64,000 bases of DNA from NCBI GenBank assembly GCA_963819655.1, contig CAWFXA010000002.1:416001-480000 (forward strand). Direction: 5' to 3'. This DNA comes from an uncultured Chloroflexia bacterium. Its GTDB lineage: Bacteria > Chloroflexota > Limnocylindria > Limnocylindrales > CSP1-4. The notes under the pieces are model-generated. The model ran no database searches and was not told the origin of the DNA. It saw only the letters and a program-made list of their open reading frames with translations. Positions 21,697 through 32,868 of the stretch are shown here, piece after piece. Position numbers and translations under genes: made by a program. Numbering within the stretch: position 1 is the stretch's first letter; each line of letters opens with the position of its first letter.

Positions 21697-23348
21697 CGAA
21701 CCCGTTCGGGATCCTCACGGTCGTGACGTTCCTGCCGTTGGTCGGAGCACTGGTCGTCGCGATCCTGCCGAGCCGTTGGACTCGCCCGATCGCGCTCGCG
21801 TTCGCGCTGGCAACGTGGGTGGTCTCGTTGATGATGCTGATCGGCTACCTGCCGAACCGCGCAGGCAGCCAGTTCCTCTTCCTCGAGGCGTTCGACTGGA
21901 TCCCGATCTTCGGCATCCAGTACAAGCTCGGCGTCGACGGCCTGTCCGCCGCCCTCGTCGTCCTCACGACGACGTTGACCTGGATCTGCATCCTCGCGTC
22001 GTGGGTCCCGATCCAGACCCGGATCAAGGAATTCATGATCTCCTTCCTCGTGCTCGAGGTCGGGATGATCGGAGTGTTCCTGGCGCTCGACCTCTTCCTC
22101 TTCTACATCTTCTGGGAGATCGTGCTCGTCCCGATGTACCTCATCATCGGGATCTGGGGCGGCGCCAACCGCATCTACTCGACGATCAAGTTCGTGCTGT
22201 ACACGCTGGTCGGGTCGCTGCTCATGCTCGTGGCGATCCTCGCGACAGCATTCGCCTACCAGTCGGCCACCGGCTCATGGACCGGCGCGTTCGACCTGGT
22301 CGCCCTCCGCGCGCACGTCCAGACCGTCGGCTTCGCGCCGGTCCTCCAGGTCGGGGCGTTCCTCGCGTTCTTCCTGGCGTTCGCGATCAAGGTCCCGATG
22401 TTCCCGTTCCATACGTGGCTGCCTGATGCGCACACCGATGCCCCGACCGCGGGATCGGTCATCCTGGCCGGCGTCCTGCTCAAGCTCGGGGCGTACGGGT
22501 TCCTGCGGTTCGCGCTGCCGCTCTATCCGGACGCGGCCCATACGTTCGCCCCGACGATCATCGTCCTGTCGCTCATCGCGATCATCTATGGCGCGATCGT
22601 CGCCCTCGTCCAGCCCGACCTCAAACGGCTGGTGGCCTACTCCTCGGTCAGCCACATGGGCTTCGTGACCCTCGGCACATTCGTGTTCACCGAGCAGGGC
22701 ATCCAGGGCGCCATCCTCCAGATGATCAACCACGGCCTGATCACGGGAGGCCTGTTCCTGCTCGTGGGCATCATCTATGAGCGAACCCACGACCGGACGA
22801 TCGCGAAGATGGGCGGGCTCGCGGCCCGGATGCCGCTGTGGGCCGCGACGCTCGGGTTCTTCGTGTTCGCGTCGGCCGGCCTGCCCGGGCTGTCCGGTTT
22901 CGTGGGCGAGTTCCTCAGCCTGCTGGGGACGTTCATCGTCAATCCGCCGGCCGCGGCGGTCGCGACGTTCGCCATGATCCTCGGGGCGGGCTATCTCCTG
23001 TACATGTACGGTCGGGTCGTCTTCGGCGAGGTGTCCGATTTCATCGTGGGCCTGGGGGGCCACATCACGGACATGACGCCGACCGAGATCCTGACGCTCG
23101 CGCCGCTGGCGACGCTGATCGTGGTGTTCGGCATCCAGCCGGGTCTCTTGCTGACGCTCGTGCAGGGTTCCGTCACGGACACCATCGAGGCTGTGCGTGA
23201 CGGGGTCCCGCTCCCCATCAGCACCGAGGTCGTCGTGATCGGCCTGGGGTTGGTCATCGTGCTCGTCGTCGCGCGCACGATCTCCGCCGCGCTGAGCTCG
23301 CGGTCAGAGCGGACCGGGGTCGTGACCGAAGGCGGAGCCGCGCATTGA
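21693..23348 (+). CDS. nuoM: NADH-quinone oxidoreductase subunit M
   Basis: GVDGLS, IKVPMFPFHTWLPDAH and LKRLVAYSSVSHMG motifs. Confidence 0.96.
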   Translation: MTNPFGILTVVTFLPLVGALVVAILPSRWTRPIALAFALATWVVSLMMLIGYLPNRAGSQFLFLEAFDWIPIFGIQYKLGVDGLSAALVVLTTTLTWICILASWVPIQTRIKEFMISFLVLEVGMIGVFLALDLFLFYIFWEIVLVPMYLIIGIWGGANRIYSTIKFVLYTLVGSLLMLVAILATAFAYQSATGSWTGAFDLVALRAHVQTVGFAPVLQVGAFLAFFLAFAIKVPMFPFHTWLPDAHTDAPTAGSVILAGVLLKLGAYGFLRFALPLYPDAAHTFAPTIIVLSLIAIIYGAIVALVQPDLKRLVAYSSVSHMGFVTLGTFVFTEQGIQGAILQMINHGLITGGLFLLVGIIYERTHDRTIAKMGGLAARMPLWAATLGFFVFASAGLPGLSGFVGEFLSLLGTFIVNPPAAAVATFAMILGAGYLLYMYGRVVFGEVSDFIVGLGGHITDMTPTEILTLAPLATLIVVFGIQPGLLLTLVQGSVTDTIEAVRDGVPLPISTEVVVIGLGLVIVLVVARTISAALSSRSERTGVVTEGGAAH

Positions 23349-24844
23349 ACGGCACCGACATCAGCGCGATCGCGCCGCTCATCGCCGCGGTGCTGACCGC
23401 GGCCGCGGTGCTGGTCGTGGACCTCGTCCGACCCGGCCGCAGCGGCCCGGCCGTCGCGACCGCCCTGATCGGGCTGGCGATCACTGCGTTCGTCACGATC
23501 CAGGTCGGCATGAGCACGCTGACGGCGTTCAACGGGACCTACAAGGTCGACGCGCTCAGCACGTTCCTCGACGTCCTGTTCATCTCGATCGTCGCCATGA
23601 CCATCGTCTTCGCGCCCGACTACCTGCTGCCGCGCAACCTGCCGATCGCCGAGTTCGCGACGGTCCTCATCTTCGCGATGAGCGGGGCCATGCTGATCGC
23701 CGGGTCGGCGGACCTGCTGCTGCTCTTCCTCGGGCTCGAGCTGATGGTGCTGCCGGGCTACCTCCTGGCGGGCTATCACAAGACCGACTCGTATTCGACC
23801 GAGGGGGCCATCAAGTACTTCCTCCTCGGCTCGTTCAGCTCGGCGATCTTCCTGTTCGGCGTGGCCTTCATCTGGGGCCTGACGGGGACGACGCTGATCA
23901 ACAGCACCGACCCGGCCCAGCCCGGCGTCGCGCAGGCGCTCGCGTCGGTGGTGGCTGGGACCGCGCCGCTGTCGGCGGGTCTGGCGATCGGGCTCGCGTT
24001 CCTGACCACGGGCGTCGCGTTCAAGATCGCCGCAGTCCCGTTCCACTACTGGACCCCGGACGCGTACCAGGGCTCGCCGACGCCGATCACCGGATACCTG
24101 TCGGTCGGACCGAAGATCGGCGCATTCGCGCTGATCCTGCGGCTCTTCGTGGAGGCGCTCGGGCCGCTGGCCGCGTGGTGGCTGCCGGTCATGATCGTCC
24201 TGGCCGCTCTGACGATGACGCTCGGCAACCTCGTCGCGCTCACCCAGGACAACGTCAAACGGATGCTCGCGTACAGCTCCATCGCCCACACCGGGTACAT
24301 GCTCGTCGGGCTGGCGGCGTACGCCGGCGGCCAGGTCCTCGGACTCGAGGGGCTCCTGTTCTACGGGGCGGCCTACACGTTCATGAACCTCGGGGCGTTC
24401 GCGGTGGTGTCGGCCGTCCAGAAGAGGGCGGGCGTCACGTCGTCGCTCGAGAACTTCTCGGGGCTCGTGCGCCGTGAACCGGGCCTGACGATCTTGATGA
24501 CCCTGTTCCTGTTGTCGCTGGTCGGCATCCCGCCGCTCGCCGGGTTCTGGGCGAAGGCCTATGTCATCCTCGCGGCCGTGCAGGCGGGCGGATCGCTGAC
24601 CGTGCTGGCGGTCCTCGTCGTCCTGAACGCCGCGGCGGCGGCGTTCTACTACCTGCGGGTCGTCGTGTACATGTGGATGCGCGACCCCGTCACAGACACG
24701 CCGCCGCTCACCCATGGGGCGCTCCTGTGGGGCGGGCTCGCCACCGCGACGGTGCTCACGCTGGTGTTCGGGCTGTTCCCATCGGTGTTCGAGATCGTGC
24801 AGCACGCCGCCGCCGCGATCTCGACCCTCCCGGGCGGGGGCTAG
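23345..24844 (+). CDS. nuoN: NADH-quinone oxidoreductase subunit N
   Basis: EGAIKYF, FKIAAVPFHYWTPDAYQG and KRMLAYSSIAH motifs. Confidence 0.96.
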   Translation: MNGTDISAIAPLIAAVLTAAAVLVVDLVRPGRSGPAVATALIGLAITAFVTIQVGMSTLTAFNGTYKVDALSTFLDVLFISIVAMTIVFAPDYLLPRNLPIAEFATVLIFAMSGAMLIAGSADLLLLFLGLELMVLPGYLLAGYHKTDSYSTEGAIKYFLLGSFSSAIFLFGVAFIWGLTGTTLINSTDPAQPGVAQALASVVAGTAPLSAGLAIGLAFLTTGVAFKIAAVPFHYWTPDAYQGSPTPITGYLSVGPKIGAFALILRLFVEALGPLAAWWLPVMIVLAALTMTLGNLVALTQDNVKRMLAYSSIAHTGYMLVGLAAYAGGQVLGLEGLLFYGAAYTFMNLGAFAVVSAVQKRAGVTSSLENFSGLVRREPGLTILMTLFLLSLVGIPPLAGFWAKAYVILAAVQAGGSLTVLAVLVVLNAAAAAFYYLRVVVYMWMRDPVTDTPPLTHGALLWGGLATATVLTLVFGLFPSVFEIVQHAAAAISTLPGGG

Positions 24845-25794
24845 GCAGGCTGGGCTCCCGCCAGCTCCGGCCGCCGCGCCAGGGCGGAGAGCAGGCGGCC
24901 GACCTCGTGCGCGCCGGCGATGCGCAGGTCGGCGACGTCGAGCAGCTCGGACGGTGCCGGGCGGCTGGCGCCGTGGACCGCTACCGTGACCCCGACCTCG
25001 ACCGAGTGCTCGGAACGGCCCGGTTCGCCCGACCCGCGCGCCGCGGTGCGCGCCGCGATCACGGCCTCGAACGCGTCGATATCGCTCATCTCGTCACCGA
25101 GGGCGACCACGCCTCCCGGCCGATGCCGCGCGATGAGGCGCTCGACCGCCTCCCGCTTGCCGCCGGCGTCCTCCGGACGAAGATCGACGACCGTCCGACC
25201 GCGATAGTGGGCGAGCCCGTGGACCAGGCCTGCGCGGCGCTCGACGGTCTCGATCGCCCCGACGACTGCCGCCCGGGCCACAGCGACGTCGTCGGCCTGG
25301 CGGACGTGGAAGGCGACCGATGGACCTTTGCGCTCCACGAACAGCCAGGCGGGATCGCCGAGCTCCGCCGCGACGCCGCTGGCGAGGATCTCGGCAGATA
25401 CCCGATGGACGGCGTACGCGGGGTCGGTCACCGCGACCAGGGCCTCAGCGCGAGCGCCACGAGCCAGGACCCCGTGCTCCAGGCCGTGATCGCCGAGGTA
25501 TTCGACACCACCGACCCGCACGCGAGCCGCGACGTCGGCGACGACCCTGCCGGTCAGGACCGCGACGTGCAGCCGCTCAGGATGCTCGGTCGCGATGCCG
25601 CCCAGCTTTCGCAGGGCGCGCTGCGCCGACGGCTCGACCCGGGCGACGGCCGGGTCGCGCGACCCGACCGCGAGCGTCCCGTCGAAGTCGACGATGACCA
25701 GCAATGGCGGCCTGGCCGCGACGAGGGCATCGAGCGCCGCCGCGATCTCGGCGCCGGTCGACACGGCCGGCGCCGGTCCGCCGGCGGGGGTCAC
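24841..25794 (-). CDS. otsB: Trehalose-6-phosphate phosphatase (HAD IIB)
   Basis: DFDGTL, VLTGR, GDHGLE, VERKG.SVAFHVR and GDEMSDIDAF motifs. Confidence 0.88.
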   Translation of the reverse strand: MTPAGGPAPAVSTGAEIAAALDALVAARPPLLVIVDFDGTLAVGSRDPAVARVEPSAQRALRKLGGIATEHPERLHVAVLTGRVVADVAARVRVGGVEYLGDHGLEHGVLARGARAEALVAVTDPAYAVHRVSAEILASGVAAELGDPAWLFVERKGPSVAFHVRQADDVAVARAAVVGAIETVERRAGLVHGLAHYRGRTVVDLRPEDAGGKREAVERLIARHRPGGVVALGDEMSDIDAFEAVIAARTAARGSGEPGRSEHSVEVGVTVAVHGASRPAPSELLDVADLRIAGAHEVGRLLSALARRPELAGAQPA

Positions 25795-26471
25795 GGCTGG
25801 ACGTCGACGCCCGGCATGATCGTCCGCAGACCGCTCGCCATGATGTCGGGGCCGATCCCGCCGAGGGCACCGTCGCGGATGACCCCCTCCTTGTCGATCC
25901 AGAAATGGACCGGCAGGGCGACGGCATCCCAGCGCAACGCCGCGGATCCGTCGCTGTCGAGCCCGAGTGGGAAGGTGGCACCGAGCTGCTCTGCAAAGGC
26001 CGCAACGATGCCCTCGTCCTCCTTGACGTCGACGGCGATCACGACCAGCCCGTCGGCCGCGTGGCGGCTCGAGAAGCGGTTCATGAGCGGGAACTCGTCG
26101 ACGCAGGGCGGGCAGTAGGTCCCCATGAAGTTGATCCAGACTGGCTTGCCGCGCAGATTCATGAGGTCGATCACGCCGCCGCCGACCTGAGGCACGACCA
26201 GCGCCGGCGCCGTCTCGCCGACGTGGAACGCCTGACCGCCGTCGCCCGACGGGGATGCCCCGGCCGACTGCGACGGACCACCGGAGGCGCTCGCGCTGGC
26301 GACCTGGGTCGGCGTCGCAGTCGGCTCGAGGCCGAGCGACGCGGACGGCTGGGGCGGCGGCGTCATCGCAGCGGAGGGCTCAGGGGCGAGGACGATGATT
26401 CCCCCGATGACCATCGCTGCGGCCGCGATACCGGTCAGGAGACCGGCGACGATCGAGATCCGGGGCCACAT
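25791..26471 (-). CDS. Membrane-anchored TlpA/ResA-family thiol-disulfide oxidoreductase
   Basis: N-terminal TM, Ser/Pro/Thr linker, then GKPVWINFMGTYCPPC. Confidence 0.9.
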   Translation of the reverse strand: MWPRISIVAGLLTGIAAAAMVIGGIIVLAPEPSAAMTPPPQPSASLGLEPTATPTQVASASASGGPSQSAGASPSGDGGQAFHVGETAPALVVPQVGGGVIDLMNLRGKPVWINFMGTYCPPCVDEFPLMNRFSSRHAADGLVVIAVDVKEDEGIVAAFAEQLGATFPLGLDSDGSAALRWDAVALPVHFWIDKEGVIRDGALGGIGPDIMASGLRTIMPGVDVQP

Positions 26472-26542
26472 GCTGGCGCGGAGGGTACCAGTACCGACGG
26501 CCTGCGGCGTGCCTCGTGGGGCCACGGTACGATGCCCGTCCC

Positions 26543-27259
26543 ATGGCCGGCCCCACCGAACAGATCCGCACGCGCGTGCTGCCCGCGTTGCTCACCGCGT
26601 TCGGCGTGACCATCCTGGCGGCGGGGCTGCTGACCTATTCCGTCCCGGTCGAGGCGGGGCATCCGGTGGCCCCATCCGGATCGCCATCGCCCGAGCCATC
26701 GACCGCGCTCGTCCCGACGCCGACGCCGCTCATCACGCTGCCGCCGATCGGCACCGCCCGACCGACGCCATCCGAAGCGGCGCCGACGCCGCCTCCCGAT
26801 CGCGTGGCGACGCGCGTCCGCATCGCCGACCTCGACATCGATCTGGCGGTCGTTCGCGGCAACACGGGCTATCCGTACTGCAACGTGGCGATGTACCTGC
26901 CGTCGCTCTCGCAGCCCGGCTTCGGCCTGGCGACATACCTGTATGCGCACGCCCGTGAGGGCATGTTCCTGCCGCTCTTGCGCACGAAGGGCCGAGACCA
27001 GCGTGGACTCGTGGTCGACGTGTGGACCAGCGACGACTGGCTCTTCCAGTACCGCATCACCGAGGTCCGCCGCGACCAGGACGTCCAGGACGGCCTCGCC
27101 GACCCGGCGGCCGCGGCGACCGAGCAGCTCTGGCTGCAGACGTCGCAGGGCCCGAACCGCTCATTCGGTTACACCCAGGTCCTCGCCGAGCCGATCGGAT
27201 CCCGGCCGGCGAGCCACGCCACCGCCAACCCCAGGGCGCGCCCGGTCGTCTGCGGCTGA
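26543..27259 (+). CDS. Sortase-fold membrane protein with Ser at the catalytic Cys position
   Basis: TM plus Pro/Thr linker; RVRIADLDIDLAV, PG..ATYLYAH, YRITEV and LWLQTSQG in place of LTLxTC. Confidence 0.7.
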   Translation: MAGPTEQIRTRVLPALLTAFGVTILAAGLLTYSVPVEAGHPVAPSGSPSPEPSTALVPTPTPLITLPPIGTARPTPSEAAPTPPPDRVATRVRIADLDIDLAVVRGNTGYPYCNVAMYLPSLSQPGFGLATYLYAHAREGMFLPLLRTKGRDQRGLVVDVWTSDDWLFQYRITEVRRDQDVQDGLADPAAAATEQLWLQTSQGPNRSFGYTQVLAEPIGSRPASHATANPRARPVVCG

Positions 27260-27273
27260 TCCCGCGGCCGAGC

Positions 27274-28338
27274 CTAGATCCAGCCGATCCTGCGCAGGAA
27301 GACGGCGGCCCCAGCGGCGGCGGCAACGGTCATCGCGGTCACGAACCAGAAGCCGGCAGCCTCCTGGCCGCCCACGGCGGCACCGGCCTCACTCATGCCG
27401 AAGATGCCGGCGACCGCGCCGACTCCGGCGAGGATGACGGTCACCCCGGTCAGGCGCTTCATGATCACCGACAGGTTGTTGTTGATCTGAGTGAGGTACA
27501 CGTCGAGGGTCGCCGACGCGAGCTCGCGGTAGTTGTCCATCTCGTCCGTCAGCCGGATGACGTGGTCGTACACGTCACGGAAATAGACGATCTCCTTTTC
27601 GTCGATCAGCGACAGGTCGCGGTTGGTGAGCTGGTTGAAGACCTCCCGGGTCGGGCTGGCCGCCCGCCTGACTTCGATGAGCTCGCGCTTGAGGGCGAAC
27701 AGGCGCTCGAGGGTCTGGGGCGTCGGCTGCGCGATGACGGCATCCTGGATCTGGTCGATGGCGTCGCCGAGCCGGTCGGCGTACGGGAAGTAGCCGTCGA
27801 CGATGTCGTCGCTGATCGCCCAGAGGAGGTGGTCGGCCCCGTGGGCCATGACGACCGACAGATTCGACCGCAGCTGGTGCGACTGCCGTGGATCCCAGCT
27901 GCCGTCGTGCACCGTCATCAGGAAGCCGAGACCCAGGACGATGTCGATCTCGTTGATCGCGAGCGAGTCCGTGCGGTCCAGCGCGAACAGGACGATGTGG
28001 ATGACACCGTCGGTGGTTTCGATCTTGGCACGCTGGTTGCCCTCGAGGACGTCCTCGACGATCAGCGGATGGAGGGCCAGGGCCGACCCGACCGCCTCGA
28101 CCTGCTCGGGCGAAGGTCCGAGGAGGTCGACCCAGACGCAGGCGTCGGGCTGCGTGAGCAGTCCTGGCAGGGCCTTGAGGGCCGCGTCGCCCTCGAGCTC
28201 GCGAAGCGCACCACCGACCATCGCCCCAACGCGGATCCGACCGGGCCCGCTGGTGGATGTCGGCGCGCGGCGGCGGGCGACCGGTTCGCCGAGGCCGATC
28301 GCAGGGTCAGAGGATGAGGCCGGGGTCGGCAGCGCCAT
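27274..28338 (-). CDS. corA: CorA-family divalent cation transporter
   Basis: WVDL, LHPLIVED, YFRDVYDH and NNLS.IMKRLT..AGIFGMS (GMN-like) motifs. Confidence 0.92.
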   Translation of the reverse strand: MALPTPASSSDPAIGLGEPVARRRAPTSTSGPGRIRVGAMVGGALRELEGDAALKALPGLLTQPDACVWVDLLGPSPEQVEAVGSALALHPLIVEDVLEGNQRAKIETTDGVIHIVLFALDRTDSLAINEIDIVLGLGFLMTVHDGSWDPRQSHQLRSNLSVVMAHGADHLLWAISDDIVDGYFPYADRLGDAIDQIQDAVIAQPTPQTLERLFALKRELIEVRRAASPTREVFNQLTNRDLSLIDEKEIVYFRDVYDHVIRLTDEMDNYRELASATLDVYLTQINNNLSVIMKRLTGVTVILAGVGAVAGIFGMSEAGAAVGGQEAAGFWFVTAMTVAAAAGAAVFLRRIGWI

Positions 28339-29953
28339 CGCCGGCCAGCATACGCGCGGGCGCTCGGCGGCGTCCGGCACCGCCGCCGAGCGCGAGTGCC
28401 GGCGGCACCGCGACCAGCGTCACGATCGCCGCAGCCACGAAGAGCCCGACCATGATCGACGCGGCCTCGCGCGAGGCCCACGTTTCGAGGGCCTCGACGA
28501 CCAGCGGGTCCTTGAGTGGCCGGTCGCGCAGGTCCTCCGGGATGTAGGCGAGGTAGGCGTCGGGCGTCGCGTAGACCTCCGCCGACAGCCGGTCGATCGT
28601 CGTCGAGCCGTAGGCGGTGAGGACCGCCAGCCCGACTGCCATGCCGAGCATCCGGGCGACCGTCACGACCGACGACGCCGCCCCAAAGGCGGCCCGGCCC
28701 GCCGACTCGACCGCGGCCGCCGAGCGAGGTGTCACCGACAGCCCGAACCCGAAGCCGAACAGCGCGAGGGCCAGCGCGGCATCGCCGATCGAGGTCGCCG
28801 GGGTCCAGCGCGACATCGCGAGAAGGCCGACCGCGGCGGCGGCGAGCCCGACCAGCGTCACCACGCGGTAGCTCGCGACGCGGACCGCGAAGCCGGACAG
28901 CAGGGCACCCAGCGCGGTCGCGCCGGCCAGTGCCCCGAGCGCCAGACGCTGCTCGTCCGGGCCGCCGTACAGGACCCGGTCGACGAAGACCGCCCCACCG
29001 ATGATCGCGGTCGCGAACGCATAGCCGGTCAGCAACGAGACAAGGGCCGCAGCGCTGAACGCGACGTCACCGAAGAGGCGGACATCCAGGAACGGATCCG
29101 AGCTGCGCAGCGCCAGCGCGATGGTCAGGCCGGTCGCGACGAACGAGATCGTCGCGAGGATCGCGGTCAGCTCGATCGGCTCGAGGGCTGCTGCGGGGTC
29201 CGGCGTCGCGCCGATCAGCGTCAGCGCCACGAGCCCGCTCGCGAGCGCAAGTCCGAAGAGCGCGGCACCGAGCAGGTCGATGCGACCGCTGCGGCGTGGC
29301 GTCTCCCACCCCGGTGACGCCGCCCAGGCGAGCAGCATGGCGCCGATGGCGATCGGGACGTTGACGAAGAAGATCCACCGCCACGCGGGGCCCAGGACGG
29401 CGGCGACCGCCGAGTCGGCCCAGCCAGCGCCGGCGAGCGCCGAGTCCGGATGGATCGCGGACAGGATCGCGGCGCCAAGGAACGGTCCGGCGGCCATGCC
29501 CAGGAACGTGAGCGCGCCGATCGCGCCGAGGGCACGCGCGCGCCCGTGCCCGTCGTACAGGTGGGCGGCCGCCGCCGTGCCGACCGGCACGAGCACGCCA
29601 CCGCCGACTGCCTGGACGACCCGACCCGCGATGAGCTGGTCGAGGTCCTGGGCCATGCCGGCCAGCAGGGAACCGACCGTGAAGATCCCCAGCGCCGCGA
29701 TGAACAGCCGACGCGCGCCCCACAGGTCAGCCAGGCGGCCGGCAAGCGGCATCATCAGGATGTACACCAGCAGGTAGCCATTGATGATCCAGCTCGCCTT
29801 GCGGAGCTCGATCCAGGCGGACGTCCCGTTCGCGGCCACGAGATCGGCGAGGATCGAGGGGAGGGCGACCGCGGTGATCATGAGCTCCAGTCCCGCCAGG
29901 AACACACCCGTCCCGAAGACCGTGAGCAGCACGAATCGCGAACCGGCACTCAT
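28307..29953 (-). CDS. DHA2/EmrB-type MFS transporter
   Basis: VALPSI, WIINGYLL, GRLADLWGARR and WRWIFFVNVPI motifs. Confidence 0.9.
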   Translation of the reverse strand: MSAGSRFVLLTVFGTGVFLAGLELMITAVALPSILADLVAANGTSAWIELRKASWIINGYLLVYILMMPLAGRLADLWGARRLFIAALGIFTVGSLLAGMAQDLDQLIAGRVVQAVGGGVLVPVGTAAAAHLYDGHGRARALGAIGALTFLGMAAGPFLGAAILSAIHPDSALAGAGWADSAVAAVLGPAWRWIFFVNVPIAIGAMLLAWAASPGWETPRRSGRIDLLGAALFGLALASGLVALTLIGATPDPAAALEPIELTAILATISFVATGLTIALALRSSDPFLDVRLFGDVAFSAAALVSLLTGYAFATAIIGGAVFVDRVLYGGPDEQRLALGALAGATALGALLSGFAVRVASYRVVTLVGLAAAAVGLLAMSRWTPATSIGDAALALALFGFGFGLSVTPRSAAAVESAGRAAFGAASSVVTVARMLGMAVGLAVLTAYGSTTIDRLSAEVYATPDAYLAYIPEDLRDRPLKDPLVVEALETWASREAASIMVGLFVAAAIVTLVAVPPALALGGGAGRRRAPARMLAGDGAADPGLIL

Positions 29954-30007
29954 CGGCGGGAGTGTAGTCGGGGCAGGGCCATTGACCGCCGTGACGCCGC
30001 GTCGCGG

Positions 30008-30136
30008 ATGTCGCGCCACCCGACGTCGATCGGTCGCTGGCCGCGCGGAACGACCGTGGTGCGGGTCATCCTCGGAGCGATCGTGGCGATCATCGTCGGA
30101 GGCTGGCTGGTCACGCTGCTCGCCGCGGCGCTCTGA
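30008..30136 (+). CDS. Possible 42-aa single-pass membrane protein
   Basis: MSRHPTSIGRWPRGTTVVRVILGAIVAIIVGGWLVTLLAAAL*: basic N-terminus plus one TM, in otherwise empty intergenic space. Confidence 0.45.
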   Translation: MSRHPTSIGRWPRGTTVVRVILGAIVAIIVGGWLVTLLAAAL

Positions 30137-30160
30137 CCGACATCGCGGCAACGGTCGCCC

Positions 30161-30364
30161 CCGTTGGTGACCGACGGTCAACGTTTTCCACTCCGGCAGC
30201 CCCCGGGATCGCCTGGAGGAATCCTGCCCGCGGGGCTCGGTGACCGACGGTCAGCAGAAAGGGTCGATCGCGGCATTGCGGTGACCTGGAGTCACCATCG
30301 AAAGCGCACCGGATCTAGCAGATCGAACCGTGGCGCGAAAACGTTGACCCACGGTCAGCAACGG
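30161..30364. mobile_element. MITE-like element with 28-bp terminal inverted repeats
   Basis: 30161-30188 (CCGTTGGTGACCGACGGTCAACGTTTTC) matches the reverse complement of 30337-30364 at 25/28; internal TGACC-n3-GGTCA-type palindromes. Confidence 0.55.
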
Positions 30365-30419
30365 ATCGGTCCGTGGGCCTGCGCCCGGCAGCGTGAGCCA
30401 CTACCTGCCCGCGGCGCCC

Positions 30420-30480
30420 TTGACACCCATCAGTCCGCCGCAATAGCATCAACGCCCGTTGATATCAACCGCCGTTGATG
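30420..30480 (+). promoter_or_regulatory. Sigma70-type promoter with tandem ArsR-type operators
   Basis: TTGACA 30420-25 and TAGCAT 30444-49; ATCAAC-n4-GTTGAT twice (30448-63, 30464-79). Confidence 0.8.
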
Positions 30481-30520
30481 CGACGGTCGACGTCCCCCGA
30501 TCTCGGAGTTCCCCCCACCC

Positions 30521-30853
30521 GTGCCGACCCCCGCGCGATTCCGGTCCACGCTCGCCTCGATCGTCGTCCAGCCCGACGACCTCCGCGAGCTGCGTGCGTT
30601 CCACAAGGCTCTCGCCGACGTGAACCGCCTGCGCATCGTCCGCCGGCTCGCGGAGGGTGAGGCAAGCGTCGCCGACCTCATCGCGCACGTCGGGCTATCA
30701 CAGCCGCTCGTGAGCCACCATCTGAAGCGCCTGCGCGTGGCGGGACTCGTCGAAACACGGCGGGTCGGCCGCGAGACCATCTGCACGCTTCGCCCCGAGG
30801 CGTTCGGCGAGGTCGCCGCGCGTGAGCGCGCCATCCTGGGCATCGCCAGTTGA
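30521..30853 (+). CDS. ArsR/SmtB-family transcriptional regulator
   Basis: KALADVNRLRIV..LSQPLVSHHLKRLRVAGLV winged HTH. Confidence 0.93.
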   Translation: MPTPARFRSTLASIVVQPDDLRELRAFHKALADVNRLRIVRRLAEGEASVADLIAHVGLSQPLVSHHLKRLRVAGLVETRRVGRETICTLRPEAFGEVAARERAILGIAS

Positions 30854-31496
30854 CGATCTCGAACCAGGCCCGTGACCGGGTCAAGGGCGTCTTCGAGCCG
30901 ATCGCGCTGGCGCTGGGCCGGCTCGGCTTGACGCCGGATGGCCTTACCCTCATCGGCTTCGGGATCACCGTCCTCGGCGCCGGCCTGATCGCGCTCGGCT
31001 ATTGGACCGTCGGCGGTATCGTCGTGTTCGCCGGCGGCGTGTTCGACATGTTCGACGGCACCCTGGCCCGCGCGACCGGCAAGGTCAGCCGCCTGGGTGC
31101 GTTCATGGATTCCGTCTTCGACCGGTGGGGCGAGGCGCTCGTCTACCTCGGCATCGTCGCCGGCGCGGTCCTGGGCGGCCACCAGCGTGTCCCGATCCTC
31201 GCCGCCGCGGCGATGGGCGCAGCGTTCATGGTGAGCTACGTCAGGGCGAAGTCCGAGGGTCTCGGCTTCGCAACCGGGAAGGGCATGGCGGCGGTCGGGA
31301 TCATGCCCCGCGAGGTCAGGCTGGTGATCCTCGCCGTGGGGCTGGTGCTGACGAACGGCCCGGACATCAAGGCCATCGAGTTCGCCCTCGCGATCATCGC
31401 GATCGGAGCGACCATCACGACGATCCAGCGGATCCTGCACGTCCGCGCGCAAGCCAACCGGGAGGCGTCGAGCCGACCGACCGAACAGGAGCACAC

Positions 31497-31500
<4 letters not shown>
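30850..31500 (+). CDS. CDP-alcohol phosphatidyltransferase (phosphatidylinositol-phosphate synthase-like)
   Basis: [26 protein letters not shown] and VSYVRAKSE motifs; adjacent to ino1. Confidence 0.9.
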
Positions 31501-32753
<1,253 letters not shown>

Positions 32754-32868
32754 TGTTCCTCGCGCTCCGAAGACCGAGGGGGAGCTCCGTCGACCCCATC
32801 GGCCTGAGGATCCCAAGGCGGAGCTCCGCGAAGCCATTGGCCCGAGGATTCGCGACCAACGCGCGCCG

